DNA of 49,067 nucleotides, filler included, from Streblomastix strix (GCA_008636045.1; 2 parts of 2 records of this genome joined end to end with filler, not necessarily neighbours in it), one strand, 5' to 3'. Shown: positions 1 through 10,809, counted from the whole stretch's first letter. Made by a program: numbers and translations. The notes: a model not told the origin generated them from the letters alone.

Positions 1-1
1 G

Positions 2-571
2 GAATTGAAGAAAATAGTCAAGCTATCTCTATAACTGAAAATACAAATACAAATTCAACATATTCCGGGCATCTCAAACAAGATAACAGACGCACTAAGT
101 AGGTTAAGTACCCAGGGCGATTATTCAGTAAAGAAAGAGAGATTCATAGCTTTGTGCTAAGCGTGGCAGTTAATACCTACACTGAACTTGTTCGCTACAG
201 GAGAAAACAAACTCGTAGATAGATTCGTGGCAATAGAAGAGGAAAAGGAAGAGGCAGAATGGTTGAAAACATTTTCTAGACCATGGATGGAGGAGATCTT
301 TTGGATCCACCCCCCCATTCCAAAGATTGGAAAAACCCTGATCGCTTAGGAAAAGTTTAAATCAAAGTCAATCATTATGGCACCTTGGTTGCCAGGTCAA
401 ATATGGTTCACACACTTACTAACAAGCAGTAGCGGATACATTATTCTTGGAGAAAGCTCTCTGATTCTGAACCCGGGGAAGGTCATGTTGAAAAAGTAGG
501 GCATGCTACTGTGAGGAAAAATCGCAGCATTCCTCACGGACCAAGAGTTGATCAATGGAGAAAATTATTGA
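2..571 (+). pseudogene. DIRS pol C-terminus: RNase H end plus DNA N6-adenine methyltransferase-like domain
   Basis: Frame 2 with TAR=Gln reads IQHIPGISNKITDALSR (DIRS RNase H end), then PTLNLFATGENK...FSRPW...FWIHPPIPKI...IIMAPWLPGQIWF (DIRS MT-like pattern). TGA at 512-514 and 569-571. Confidence 0.85.
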
Positions 572-1860
572 CAGAGTTTTTAAACAATATAAACATAACT
601 AAAAAAACCCAACAAATGATAATAGAGGGATAGAAATACTACATACAAAAGAAATATATGTAGATAATGGTAGTATATGATGATTGGATGAAAGAAAACA
701 ACTATACAATCGAGAATATCATGAACTATAAGATACCGTTCAAACGTACTGAATTCATGACTTGGTTATCTAGAACAAGGAAAACAAAGCCATCATCAGC
801 AAATCACTTCGTATGAATACTCAACACAATGCTTTCTCTCATACTTGATATAATACTTGTTTTCGCAACTGCAAAAATACTTACAAAACACGAAGTTTCT
901 AATCATTAGATTAATAATCCGAGATTTGGAAGTACCTGGGACATTAATCAACTGTTTGAGCATTGGGGAGAGAGACCAGAAAGTAACATCCTCTCAAATG
1001 AAGAGCTACAAATAAAACAAGCTTCATTATTAATGTCGTTACTCTTTGTGAGAATGGAAGAGATGGCAAACATAGATCTATCAGTATCGATCTTAGATGA
1101 TTAAAAACAAAGAGCAGCAGTTTGCTTTCCACCCAAACAATCTAAGAAGAGATAGAGATATGATGTAAGAAGAACAGAAAATCCTAAAGTGTGTCCAACA
1201 GAAACCTTCTTTGTTTGGTTTCCAAGACATAGAGAACACTTCTAACAAAGACCAACGAACTTCATACACTTATTCTGGACAGAAAATTGGATGCATGCTT
1301 ATCAGAGATACATTAGCACGCGTCTTAAAAGACTTGTTTTGACACTTGGAGTATAAAATGCAAACGCAAACTCCAATGGACTTGCAGCTTCTACAGAACT
1401 AGCAGCACACAGGTTTGATGGGAGGACAATAAACTGTTTTACACATCATACATCAGACTCTAAGATGAACAACAGGTTCTATGTATTCGCTGTGAATAAG
1501 GAGCAGGATTTTATAGCATCTGCACTCGTAAAGAATCATGGCGAGAATCAAGCTATTTAGATTATCTCAAAGCAAAGGGGTGGAGTAAGAGTCTCCGACG
1601 GAGATGGACTACAATAATCTCCTTTATGAGATGATTTGTAGTTATTTCCATAGGAGAATCTTGCTTCACCTCTTTCCCTCCCGATCATTTCGTCCCAACC
1701 CATCGTTGAAGCAGAGTCTCCGAACGATCATGAGAGTGCATAAGCCTAGAATTCGCAAAAGTAGAAGGATGAACAAGATGTAGATCCACAAGAGGAAGCT
1801 CAGAACTCAAGTCTGACAAAGGATTCAGATCGAGCAACAACTGCTGGGGCTTAGAAATGA
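541..1860 (+). pseudogene. DIRS tyrosine recombinase (YR), disrupted; start approximate
   Basis: Frame 1 reads TWDINQLF...LLMSLLFVRMEEMANIDL (catalytic Arg region), VCPTETF, NANSNGLAASTELA (degenerate HxxR box) and FTHH...NRFY. In-frame TGA at 814-816 and 1627-1629; final TGA at 1858-1860. Confidence 0.8.
1563..1675. repeat. DIRS internal complementary region (ICR)
   Basis: 1563-1636 matches 10737-10809, the outer end of the left terminus of the minus-strand copy. 1634-1675 is complementary to 2188-2229. The two halves share ATT at 1634-1636. Confidence 0.85.
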
Positions 1861-2115
1861 TGAATGAGAAGTCATGAATGAGAATGCGTCAGTGTGAGGT
1901 TTTTTATAAATATCATACACAACTTGGAACATATTTCTCTTTCCCTCACTCTTACGAGATGAAACTAAGGGGGGAGGTTTCTCTTTTAATTTTTTACTCT
2001 TACATCACTAGATTAATTTTGTTTATCACCTCGCCTGGGACCGTTTTAATAACAGAAACTCAGTATTGGAACTTCAAACAGTAACTTTTAACTCTTTCTT
2101 TTTGTATTTTTATGC

Positions 2116-2229
2116 ATGGCCGACCGATAGGGATGGACAGCTGAAAGGAACACCAAGTCGCAGCAGCCTTTTTGGCAATCTCAAAATAAAGAGGTGAAGC
2201 AAGAGTCTCCTACGGAGATAACTACAAAT
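2116..2229. repeat. DIRS right terminal repeat ending in AAT
   Basis: ATGGCCGACC...ATCTCAAAATAAAGAGGTGAAGCAAGAGTCTCC resembles 10675-10780. The last ~42 nt pair with the ICR. Confidence 0.75.
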
Positions 2230-3019
2230 GAACTCTTCAGGATTCAGGATGTCGTCAAGATCTGTTGTAAGTGATTATTCGACGTATTGATGCTTGAATC
2301 CTTACGTTGGGACAAGTAGTAATAATTGCACCAGATATGATGCTTCGAAACAAGATCCACAATATGAAGCTAAAACGCGCCAGGCCAAAGTTATTATTAT
2401 GCAACATCTCTTTCAGATTCATAACGGATATATTTACTAGTTCTTGAATGCGATACTTTTCGCATTGCATATAAATTTATGAAGATCCAAGGCAAGATCG
2501 ACAGATGAACAAACAAGGAACATGAATAGGAACCAAAATCTATCAAAACTTGAATCAAAGCAAAAGTTTTAATGATTTTTTAATATTAACAATATTATAT
2601 TACACTTTATCGTTTACATAAATTTATTTATTTATACTTATATTTATATTTATTAAAACTTTAGTTTCAATTATAAATACAACTCTAATAGCAATAATAA
2701 ACTTATTATTATTAATTTCATTCTATTAAAGTAAAATAATTAATTAATAAAAAACAAATTAATAATAAAAAACAATAATAAAAAGAAAATCGAAAGAAAT
2801 TGAGAAACAAAATAAATTATAAGAAAATAAATATAAATTGAATGAATAATCAAATTTATAATTATATAAATCTACAATTAAAATCTTATCTTTAGGAATT
2901 AGAAATTCTAAAAATGAAAATGGAAAGGAAAATGGAAATTAAAATTAAATTGAAAATGAAAATGAAATATAAGTATATAAAATAATCAAAAATAACAATA
3001 TTGATATTATTCATAGATA

Positions 3020-3660
3020 ATCATCTTCATAATCAAATCAGCTCCAACATCCAACTTTTTATTTGTGAACGAAAACTCAATATTAATCAATTAATCCAAC
3101 AATTACTTTATTACCAATTAAAAGTTAACATTCATTAATTTATTCTCCTTCGTAATCTTCTTCTTCATAATATTCATAACATTCAAATCCTTTATCACCA
3201 CAGAATCCAACTTCTTAATCTTCATTCATTTCTCAATATTCATTGATTCGTTCTCCTTAAAAACAAATTAGTTCTTCATTAACATCATCATTATCAACAA
3301 CAACTACATCATTATCATCATCAACATCTTAATAATAATAATCTACTACAAAGCAAAGTCCAGTTAAAAATTCCATTAATAAATCATACAATCTATTCCA
3401 TTCTCCATTATAGAATTCTTTACAATATCCACATCTTCAAATGCAAAATTATTCATCAACAAGGTTTACTACATCACATGATCCATCATCTCTATTTTAT
3501 AATACATAATCAGTATTAACATTTTCATCTTCATCTTCATCTTCATATGCAGATTTAAATGAAGATTGATATTTATTTAATAAAATAGAAAATGATGAAG
3601 AATTATTGACAATAATAAATGAAGAATAATAATAACAAGAATAGAATGATTATGAATTAA
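3020..3660 (+). pseudogene. Fragment of a Ser/Gln/Thr-rich low-complexity coding sequence
   Basis: With TAR=Gln it reads SPSQSSSSQYSQHSNPLSPQNPTSQSS...STSQQQQSTTKQSP. It contains TGAs and has no clear start or end. Confidence 0.3.
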
Positions 3661-4099
3661 ATAGAAAGAAATTAATTCAATCATAAAATCAAATTTAACA
3701 TTTAAAATAATCTATTTATAATAATAATCATATCCAATCAAATTTATCATTATCTATTTAGTCGCATATGATCTTTAATGATGAATTGGTTTAAATAAAC
3801 AAAAAAGACAAATAAGAAAATATAAAAATAACAAAACATTTGTGAACATGATATTCGTCTCAGTTATATATCTTTTAAAGTCATATTTAATTATTAAATT
3901 ATTTTCTTTGACATTTTTCTTTTAAAGGGATTATATTTATATAATATGTATTTAGTCAATTTAAATAATTTAAAATAAATAAAAATTAATAATTTTTTTC
4001 AACAAAATGTTAATTGACAATAGCCAGATTTTTTTAATTTTATATATATTTCTTGGTAACATATATTATATTTATAGTGTATATTTAATATTAGATTAA

Positions 4100-4600
4100 A
4101 GGGAATTGTGGAAGTTTGCAAAAAGTAAAAAATAAAATAATTTTCTATGATTGTATGAGTTGTTCTTTTATAAATTTGTTTTCTGTTCTTAATTATATTA
4201 ATTCTTCAAAATCTAGTTAAGGATTAGTGTAGTTAATATATGGAGCTTTTTATTAATGTTTTTACTTTACATTTTTGTTCATTACTTTAGGCTTTACTTT
4301 AGGAATAGTTTCTTATTCATCATCTGCATCATCATCTTATTCATCTGTGTTATCTTCATCATCGATATACATTAGCCTATTATCAACTTCCTACGGAAAG
4401 CCCGCATTGCGGACTGGTTTAGGTTATGGACGTATGGCTAGTAGCTTATTCTATTATGCTTGGGTAAGTACTTTAGGACTTTTATAACCATCTTCATATA
4501 CTTTAATCTATTTACCTACTTACATGATTTAAACATTTTTGAAACTTTCAAAGGAAGTTCCATTTTCATTTAATTTTCTTAGAGTTTGTGAGTTGTCCAT
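4100..4600 (-). CDS. Hypothetical protein with acidic tract (virus-like block); 3' end uncertain
   Basis: ATG at 4600. Reads MDNSQTLRKLNENGTSFESFKNVQIMQVGKQIKVYEDG...YIDDEDNTDEQDDADDEQETIPKVKPK; open with TAR=Gln. Confidence 0.45.
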
Positions 4601-4632
4601 TTATCAATAAATAAATTTTTTATTTAATAAAA

Positions 4633-5288
4633 GTGATTAAAAGTATCGAGAGGAATTAGCATCGTTTAAGTAAATCAAAGTAGCAGATATAAGACATGAA
4701 AAAAAAGTTGTCAGTAGAAGATAGACTAAGATTATAATCAATAGATTAAGCAATGAGAAACTTATCAACTTCATAATATGAAACTAAAAAGATGATATGA
4801 TTAATGAAAAACGAAGTTAAGTCTAAGAGACATTACAATAAAATAAGTATCGAGATTAAGAACGAGAGACTGCATAAGTAGAACCTGATGATGTAGTTAA
4901 AAACACTTTCTTAGCACATCAAAACTTATCTGTACTTAAGTTTGTTATTTATTTTATGTGGAAAAAATCAACATCAAGAAAAAGAGGTGATGATTTCATA
5001 TTGAATATTGATAACTTCTTTAAATTTTTGGCTCAAATCGCATAGGAAAATAAAGATGTTATAGAAATAATTTTAAAAGAACCATTAATGTAATCACACT
5101 CATGTATAATAAAGAAATATAAGAAAAAAGACTTAATAAGGGTAATAGATATATTAATTAAAAATGTATGCATTAGAGTATTAGATAATGTGTTGTTCAA
5201 TTCTAAGGAAAAACTCTATCAAATGAACAAGGACTTCGTTAGACTATCAGATAAACCATAGTCAGAAGTGGAACCAAATGAAATTTGA
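4633..5288 (+). pseudogene. Hypothetical protein (virus-like block), disrupted
   Basis: ~210-codon frame with one internal TGA (4779-4781), ending at TGA 5286-5288. No clear in-frame ATG and no motif recognised. Confidence 0.4.
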
Positions 5289-5300
5289 CCCATTTCATTC

Positions 5301-6084
5301 ATGATAATGCAGCAATTTATTTTTATATAAATAGAAACATTAATCGAATCAACAGATGAGGATCTAGTTTATATACAAAAATATCTTTTAGAATTACATC
5401 AAAAATAAGAGGAAGTAAAGCAGTTAGAGAAATCGTAAAAACAACTGACTTCTTTCATTCATGCAGAGATTATAAAACTATTTACTTACTTGAGTTAATA
5501 TATTAAAACTAAAGCTGTTGATATATTACATTTGGTAACGTTAAATACTTCTAAGGTTATCAGAGCAGACAAAACGTTTGCATAGCTTTTTGTAGCAAAT
5601 AAGATTATAAAAACAGTTGGAACATCAGATTAAACATTATTCACTAATGGAGATACTATTGTTAAAGATTAATTAAATTATGAACCAATCGAAAATGCCA
5701 CTTATTAAGCAATTGCTTATGGAATGTAAGAACAATTAATATGGGGTACTTTTACAACATAAAAAAGTTGAATATATATATGTGTAAGTAACTCATTCTG
5801 ATCCTAATAAAGTATATCTATCAACACATAGTTTATTTTCTATTATTAATAATTCTATAAAACCAAAATTTATAGAAGCACCTCGTAATATACATTTAAA
5901 TTCTATTATGTTTGCTTAAAAAATATATAGATGTCCAATCTGCTGGTATGGTGCTATTCCTATTGATTGTTATATTGATCCTGATGGACACGTAAGAATT
6001 AATACAATGTATTAGTTAAGTTTATCGGATTATTTTTGTGTTTTGATTTGTGATTCATATGTTACTCATGTTTAATCAACATGA
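5301..6084 (+). pseudogene. Short fibre/spike-like protein (virus-like block), disrupted
   Basis: Helical N-terminus, then LVTLNTSKVIRADKTF...NKIIKTVGTSDQTLFTNGDT, matching the VSINTNQTITKIKTF and KFIKTGRLSTDVLCANGAT motifs of the 7713 fibre gene. TGA at 5769-5771 and a frameshift near 5790. Confidence 0.55.
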
Positions 6085-6277
6085 AAATTTTAAATAAATA
6101 ATCTCAACTATACAAGAAATTTCTTACTTCATCACTGATATTTTCATTATTTATTTTTATTTATTATATCGGTAATATACAACATAGTAGATTGTTAAAA
6201 GCTATAACCATTAATTATATACAACTTAACATCTCCCAAATCATTCAATTATAAAAAAAATTCATTATCTAATTATT

Positions 6278-7295
6278 TCAAACTTATTTTAATATTTGTA
6301 ATTTGATAATAAACTCATACTTATTTAATATGCTGTATATTAATATTAGCTCTTAATCCGTCAACGTGTTGATGTGATTTTCGTCGTCTACTTGCTTTAT
6401 ATCATTGTCTAATATCCCTGACCCTATGATTATTACATGACGTAATATTCTAGCAGTTTTAAAAAGGTAACTAGGTCTTTATGTAACAAAGAATAATGTA
6501 TTTTTGGCATGTCTGCTATCGCTGACTAAGTGGGTTATTGTGTGTGATAACTCAGATATATAACGTTGTATATCTATATTAGAACATATATCTTCAAATA
6601 TCATTAGTATTTATTACAATTTAGCATTAAATAGTACAGATAGTTTTAGTGTCTTTACTATCTCAACACTACCATCATCTATCTCATGAGTATCAACTAT
6701 TTTTAGCCTCTAATCATATGTAACGTTTTATATAAGCGGAGGAATAGAAAAACGAGATACTTTAGTTGGTTAGCTATATGTGATAATAGTTTCAATACAA
6801 TAAACTTTGAACTACTTTTTCATTCTATTGGAAAATTGTTAATAGGAATCATCTTTTTTTAACTCATTAGAATCATACATTTTTTGTTTGAGTCATTTTA
6901 TTTAATCACTGTTATAACGTATATTTATTTACTTTAACTTATAGTACGTATATATCTCTTTAACTTAAGATTTCAGTTCACCAAATTAAGGTAGAAAATT
7001 AATAGCTTCATTGTATGTCATATTTGTTAGTTGAACTCCTTTATCATTCATATCGAATGTCATGGTCTCGTCTGATCTTAGATTAGAGATGTATAACATT
7101 TAAGGATTTATGATATGTTTATATAATGTTGTTAACCTACATAATAACGTTGTTTTACCACTTCCAACAGCTCCAACTATATAGTGGTTTCCAATAATAA
7201 CAAGGATTGATTTTTAAAGTCAAAGGTTTTGTTTTGTATTCTTCTAACAAAATGTAACTATCGAACTGTATATGGTTAATATCTTAGGAAGTCAT
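6278..7295 (-). pseudogene. A32/FtsK-HerA-type viral genome-packaging ATPase, disrupted
   Basis: Walker A HYIVGAVGSGKTTLL (~7142-7186), Walker B ILMIFEDI (~6588-6611), then SRHAKNTLFFVTQRPSYLFKTAR (A32-type RH..hhhTQ..R motif). Frameshift near 7200 and one in-frame TGA at ~6893-6895. Confidence 0.85.
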
Positions 7296-7313
7296 TTATA
7301 TCTAAAAGTAAAA

Positions 7314-7690
7314 TCAAATTTTTTATACTTAATTTATTAATTTCAAAGTAATTGGACAACGATAATGTTTTGCTAACTTTAAATCCTTTTCATCTATTGC
7401 TATCTACATCAACTAGTATAACTCGTCAATTGAAAACTAATTCCATTATTTTTTGATAACATCATTACTCCTATCTCTGAACTTGTGTTCCATTTTTCTA
7501 TGAAAAAAGAATTTAACAATATACAGTACAATACTTATAGATATTACTATTATACCAATAAAACTCCATAATTTTTTAAATATATTGATTAATTCTAATA
7601 CTTTAGAAGGGATGGATCGACTGATAACTGATAGAAAGAAGTTAGCACCATAAAAAATGCAATTTATATTTATTGTATTTAACGATTTAA
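7314..7690 (-). CDS. Small predicted membrane protein (virus-like block); start uncertain
   Basis: Reads KKLWSFIGIIVISISIVLYIVKFFFHRK (TM-like segment with basic flanks), followed by a ~55-aa hydrophilic tail ending at a TGA just upstream of the ATPase ATG. Confidence 0.4.
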
Positions 7691-7712
7691 TGTTAATTTA
7701 TTTTTATTTAAA

Positions 7713-8902
7713 ATGTAATCATTAACCTAATAACAACTGCCAGTAATAAAAAGACTTATATATTCAGATATAAGTTATTACATGTAATATACAGTGAAAA
7801 ATACATCAAGTAGCATTACACAAAATAATGAATACAATTTATTTATAGACGATTAAAATAACTTGTTATATTGTCAAAAAAATAACCCCTCAGTCTACAC
7901 TATTAAACTAACTCCACAGGGTTTGTTAATAGTAAATAATCTATAACGATTGAACAACGACTTTCGTTAAAAAATAACTTAGTTAGAATAATAAGTATAT
8001 CAGATATAATAATAGATAAATACAAGCATATAGGACATTGGTTAGTTATAAGCAGATGTACAAGTAATAAATTAAGAGTTATCTAGGTAAACACATTTCA
8101 GAGGATACTTTGCAACTAATGATGAGATACTAGCTTTACAATCTAGTGCTATGGGTGATTACGCGTAGAGTGCAGATGATTTACTAGTATGGATCTATTA
8201 ATTTAAATGGATTGAAACAGATTAGATAGTACCGGATTAAGTAACCCCAGCAAGTGATAACACTCCATCAGTTGATAGTGGAGCAGATGTAGCAGGAATA
8301 TAAACCGATTATGCTAGAGGAGACCATTAACATCCTTTATAAGATTCTTCTGTCTTACCATCTAAAGATACAACAAATGGTGAAGAGGGTGTTGCAAATA
8401 CTTATTCTAGATCCGATCATACTCATCATGTGAATCTAAGTAGTGATACATCACTTAAAGATACAGGAACTAGAACAGCTTATACTTCAAGTGTATATGC
8501 TAGTGCTACGCATTAACATCAATTAAATGTTGATCCAAGTAGTGTGAATGTTCCGTTAGTAAATGTTAATGCAGCGGCTAATGGTAAGAGTGATTATTAC
8601 TGCAGAAATGATCATGTATATCCATAGTAATTAACTTATGATGGGAATGTTACAGCTACTAAATTTATTAAGACTGGTAGATTATCAACAGATGTGTTAT
8701 GTGCTAATGGAGCTACAACATCAATGGATAGTAATTTTGTTTCTATTAATACTAATTAAACGATAACTAAAATAAAAACATTTAACAATACATTTTAAAT
8801 AGATCAAACTGGATATAATTATAATGAAGGAATACGCATAGCATATAGAACTAATGAATTATATTAAATATTATTTGGTGTTGATACAAATGAACATAAA
8901 GG
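7713..8902 (+). CDS. Phage-tail-fibre-like protein with coiled coil and four HxH-type repeats, truncated by a transposon end
   Basis: ~397 open codons from ATG 7713. Heptad segment KITQLEQQVYQIQQQINTSIQDIGQLQADVQVINQEL. Repeats DYARGDHQHP, TYSRSDHTHH, VYASATHQHQ and YYCRNDHVYP, then VTATKFIKTG and VSINTNQTITKIKTF. Confidence 0.75.
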
Positions 8903-9590
8903 TATGAACCGCACTACAGACTTGGAACCGCTTACAGACTAATTTTTATAAATTTATTTATATAAAATAAGCACTTGTTATAATTTCTATTAATAATAAT
9001 GTATTTAATAACAATACATGAATCATAATTAATAAAATTGAAGTGATATGTTTAATCAATGACCTCATAATACTGAGTTTATGTCAATATTAATAAAACT
9101 CGATGCAGTTTCTGTTTATATAACAATATTTTGGATATTCCTCTACGTGTACTTCATCATATTGCTTTCGAGCTGCTTTCTCATCATCCATGAATTTGGA
9201 ATAGTAATTTATTAAATTTAACTCATCATTCTTCACCTTTTGGACCATTTTTTCGGTAATTGTTGAATATCCTGCATTTCTGAAAGCACTCTCATTGGTG
9301 GAGGAAACGGTGTATTTCGCTAAGACTTAATACATAAGTTTAACATTTTCTATCTTTGACTTTGGCATATGAGCTCCTTTTCGAGGTGGGAGGTCTCTTT
9401 TGACTGCAGAGAACGTGACTAAGTCCAACGGTTAGGTTTCATGAGTGCTTTGAGGAGGAACTGTTGGCAATCTGATGTTACTGGCAGCTAGATTCGCTTA
9501 TATTTCTTCTGCATTTTCTCACAGCGTTGTTCTATAAACGGGATGAAGCTCTCATCGACATATTTCTCCAGAGTATCTGTATTAAAAAGA
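8903..9590 (-). mobile_element. pogo/Fot1-like (DDE_1) DNA transposon, 3' fragment with putative terminus
   Basis: Minus strand reads LEKYVDESFIPFIEQR and, in another frame, NIRLPTVPPQSTHETQPLDLVTFSAVKR...SAFRNAG. The segment with the second catalytic Asp is missing. The end has TA (8903-8904) plus two sub-repeats, GAACCGCACTACAGACT (8906-8922) and GAACCGCTTACAGACT (8925-8940). Confidence 0.75.
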
Positions 9591-10809
9591 TGGATTGCCC
9601 GTCGAGCTTGGTGCTGGTGGAGTTAATAAATTAGATTATTAAGTCTTTTGTAGTCCAAGGGTTGGAGGGTTCTACATGAATTGGGGTAGGCCCTCGGTGA
9701 TGCTTGGCTATCTATATATGACATTCCAAAGCCTGAAGGTTAGGTCTATTAGAACAGACCTGGTAACTGAAATCCTTAAATTTATTATATTCCTGGGTAC
9801 ATGCCAAATCCTTGGAATGGTTGTTGTATCTAAGGTCTTGGTATCAGTTATCCTGAATAAAATTGCTATTCCATCTGAGTTGGTGTAAGCGTCACCAGCT
9901 TTGGAATCTATTGCTCCGTTCCTATTGCGGTTGCGAGGTATTGGCCTGCTTACTGGCTAATTAAGTCTTGACTTTCTTATCCCTGTATCAGTCTCAACGC
10001 ACGCAATGGTTGAATTGCGTGTGACATAGATCCTTTATAGCCTGGATCGAATTATTAGGCCTCTTAAGCGCCTTCTTTCATCTGTATCCGGATGTATGTT
10101 TACCTTTCTGCGAATCGTAGTAGTGCAGCACACATGCCTACTAGGTCAATCAACGTCTCTTTCGTGTTCCCATCTAGTACGTGTTAAATCGAAAGTATTG
10201 TCAGCTTGTACAGCATGAGGATTTGAAACCACAAATTCTAGATGTACCTGTCTATTCGACTGTTCGCTGCGTTGATCAAGATTTGGTGCGGTGATATTTC
10301 TGCGTATCTTGTTACCTCAGGAACATGCATAGCTCGCGCCACATAGTTCTGTATCTGCGCCTGTGCGATTGGATTCGCCCACAAATCAATTGCGAACGCG
10401 TTACACCCGGTTAGCAGTTCCATGAGCCTCATGATAAAATATTATATCTCCAGCATCGGCGGCGTCCTCAGAGCAGGTCCAGCGTCAGCGTCTGTCACTG
10501 TAATCTCGCGGTCGCTCGCAAATACGTTGGTATCGCTCCGGTTCGCGTTCCTGTTGTCCATTAGCGATTAGCTCGATGTCATGTTGAGATCAACTCCATC
10601 GCGAAAGTAAGTGAACAATGCCTGCGCATTTTAACCACTTTCTTGCGTCATGGTTCGCTTTCTTATTTTTTAAAATGGCCGACCCATAGAGATGAGCAGC
10701 TCAACGGAGCACCCAGTCTTAGTAGTCTATTTGATAATCTCAAAATTAAGGGGTGGAGCAAGAGTCTCCGAAGGAGATGGACTACAATAATCTCCTTTAG
10801 GAGATGATT
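9590..10809 (-). mobile_element. DIRS1-type retrotransposon, 5' part: left terminal repeat and gag-like ORF1 (ATG 10651), truncated
   Basis: 10675-10809 matches the ICR and right terminus of the copy at 1-2229. A GC-richer frame is open for more than 300 codons from ATG 10651 (MTQESGQNAQALFTYFRDG...). The gag identity is inferred from position only. Confidence 0.75.

Larger units (their letters stand above)
1..2229 (+). mobile_element. DIRS1-type tyrosine-recombinase retrotransposon, 3' part (RNase H end, methyltransferase-like domain, tyrosine recombinase, ICR, right terminus); decayed
   Basis: The domain order RNaseH-MT followed by an overlapping YR ORF is typical of DIRS1. 1634-1675 is the near reverse complement of 2188-2229. 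2116-2210 resembles 10675-10780, the terminus of a second copy. Confidence 0.9.
4100..8902. mobile_element. Decayed endogenous dsDNA virus-like element (Polinton/Maverick- or Polinton-like-virus-type gene block); ends not identified
   Basis: Six tightly packed intronless ORFs on both strands, including an A32/FtsK-type packaging ATPase and two fibre-like genes. No capsid, pPolB or integrase recognised. Cut on the right by a pogo-like terminus. Confidence 0.7.

Noticed and set aside
2230..2570. GC-richer stretch with a 71-aa minus-strand ORF after the DIRS end
   Set aside because: No recognisable motif in any frame; probably a decayed fragment that I cannot assign.
4598..7715. TAAATG/TAAAATG start context at three genes of the virus-like block
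   Set aside because: It is expected by chance in DNA this AT-rich, and three instances are too few to call a viral promoter motif.
8906..8940. Short direct repeat pair as a possible CRISPR-like array
   Set aside because: There are only two units separated by 2 nt, in a eukaryotic context; it is better explained as sub-repeats of a pogo-type terminus.
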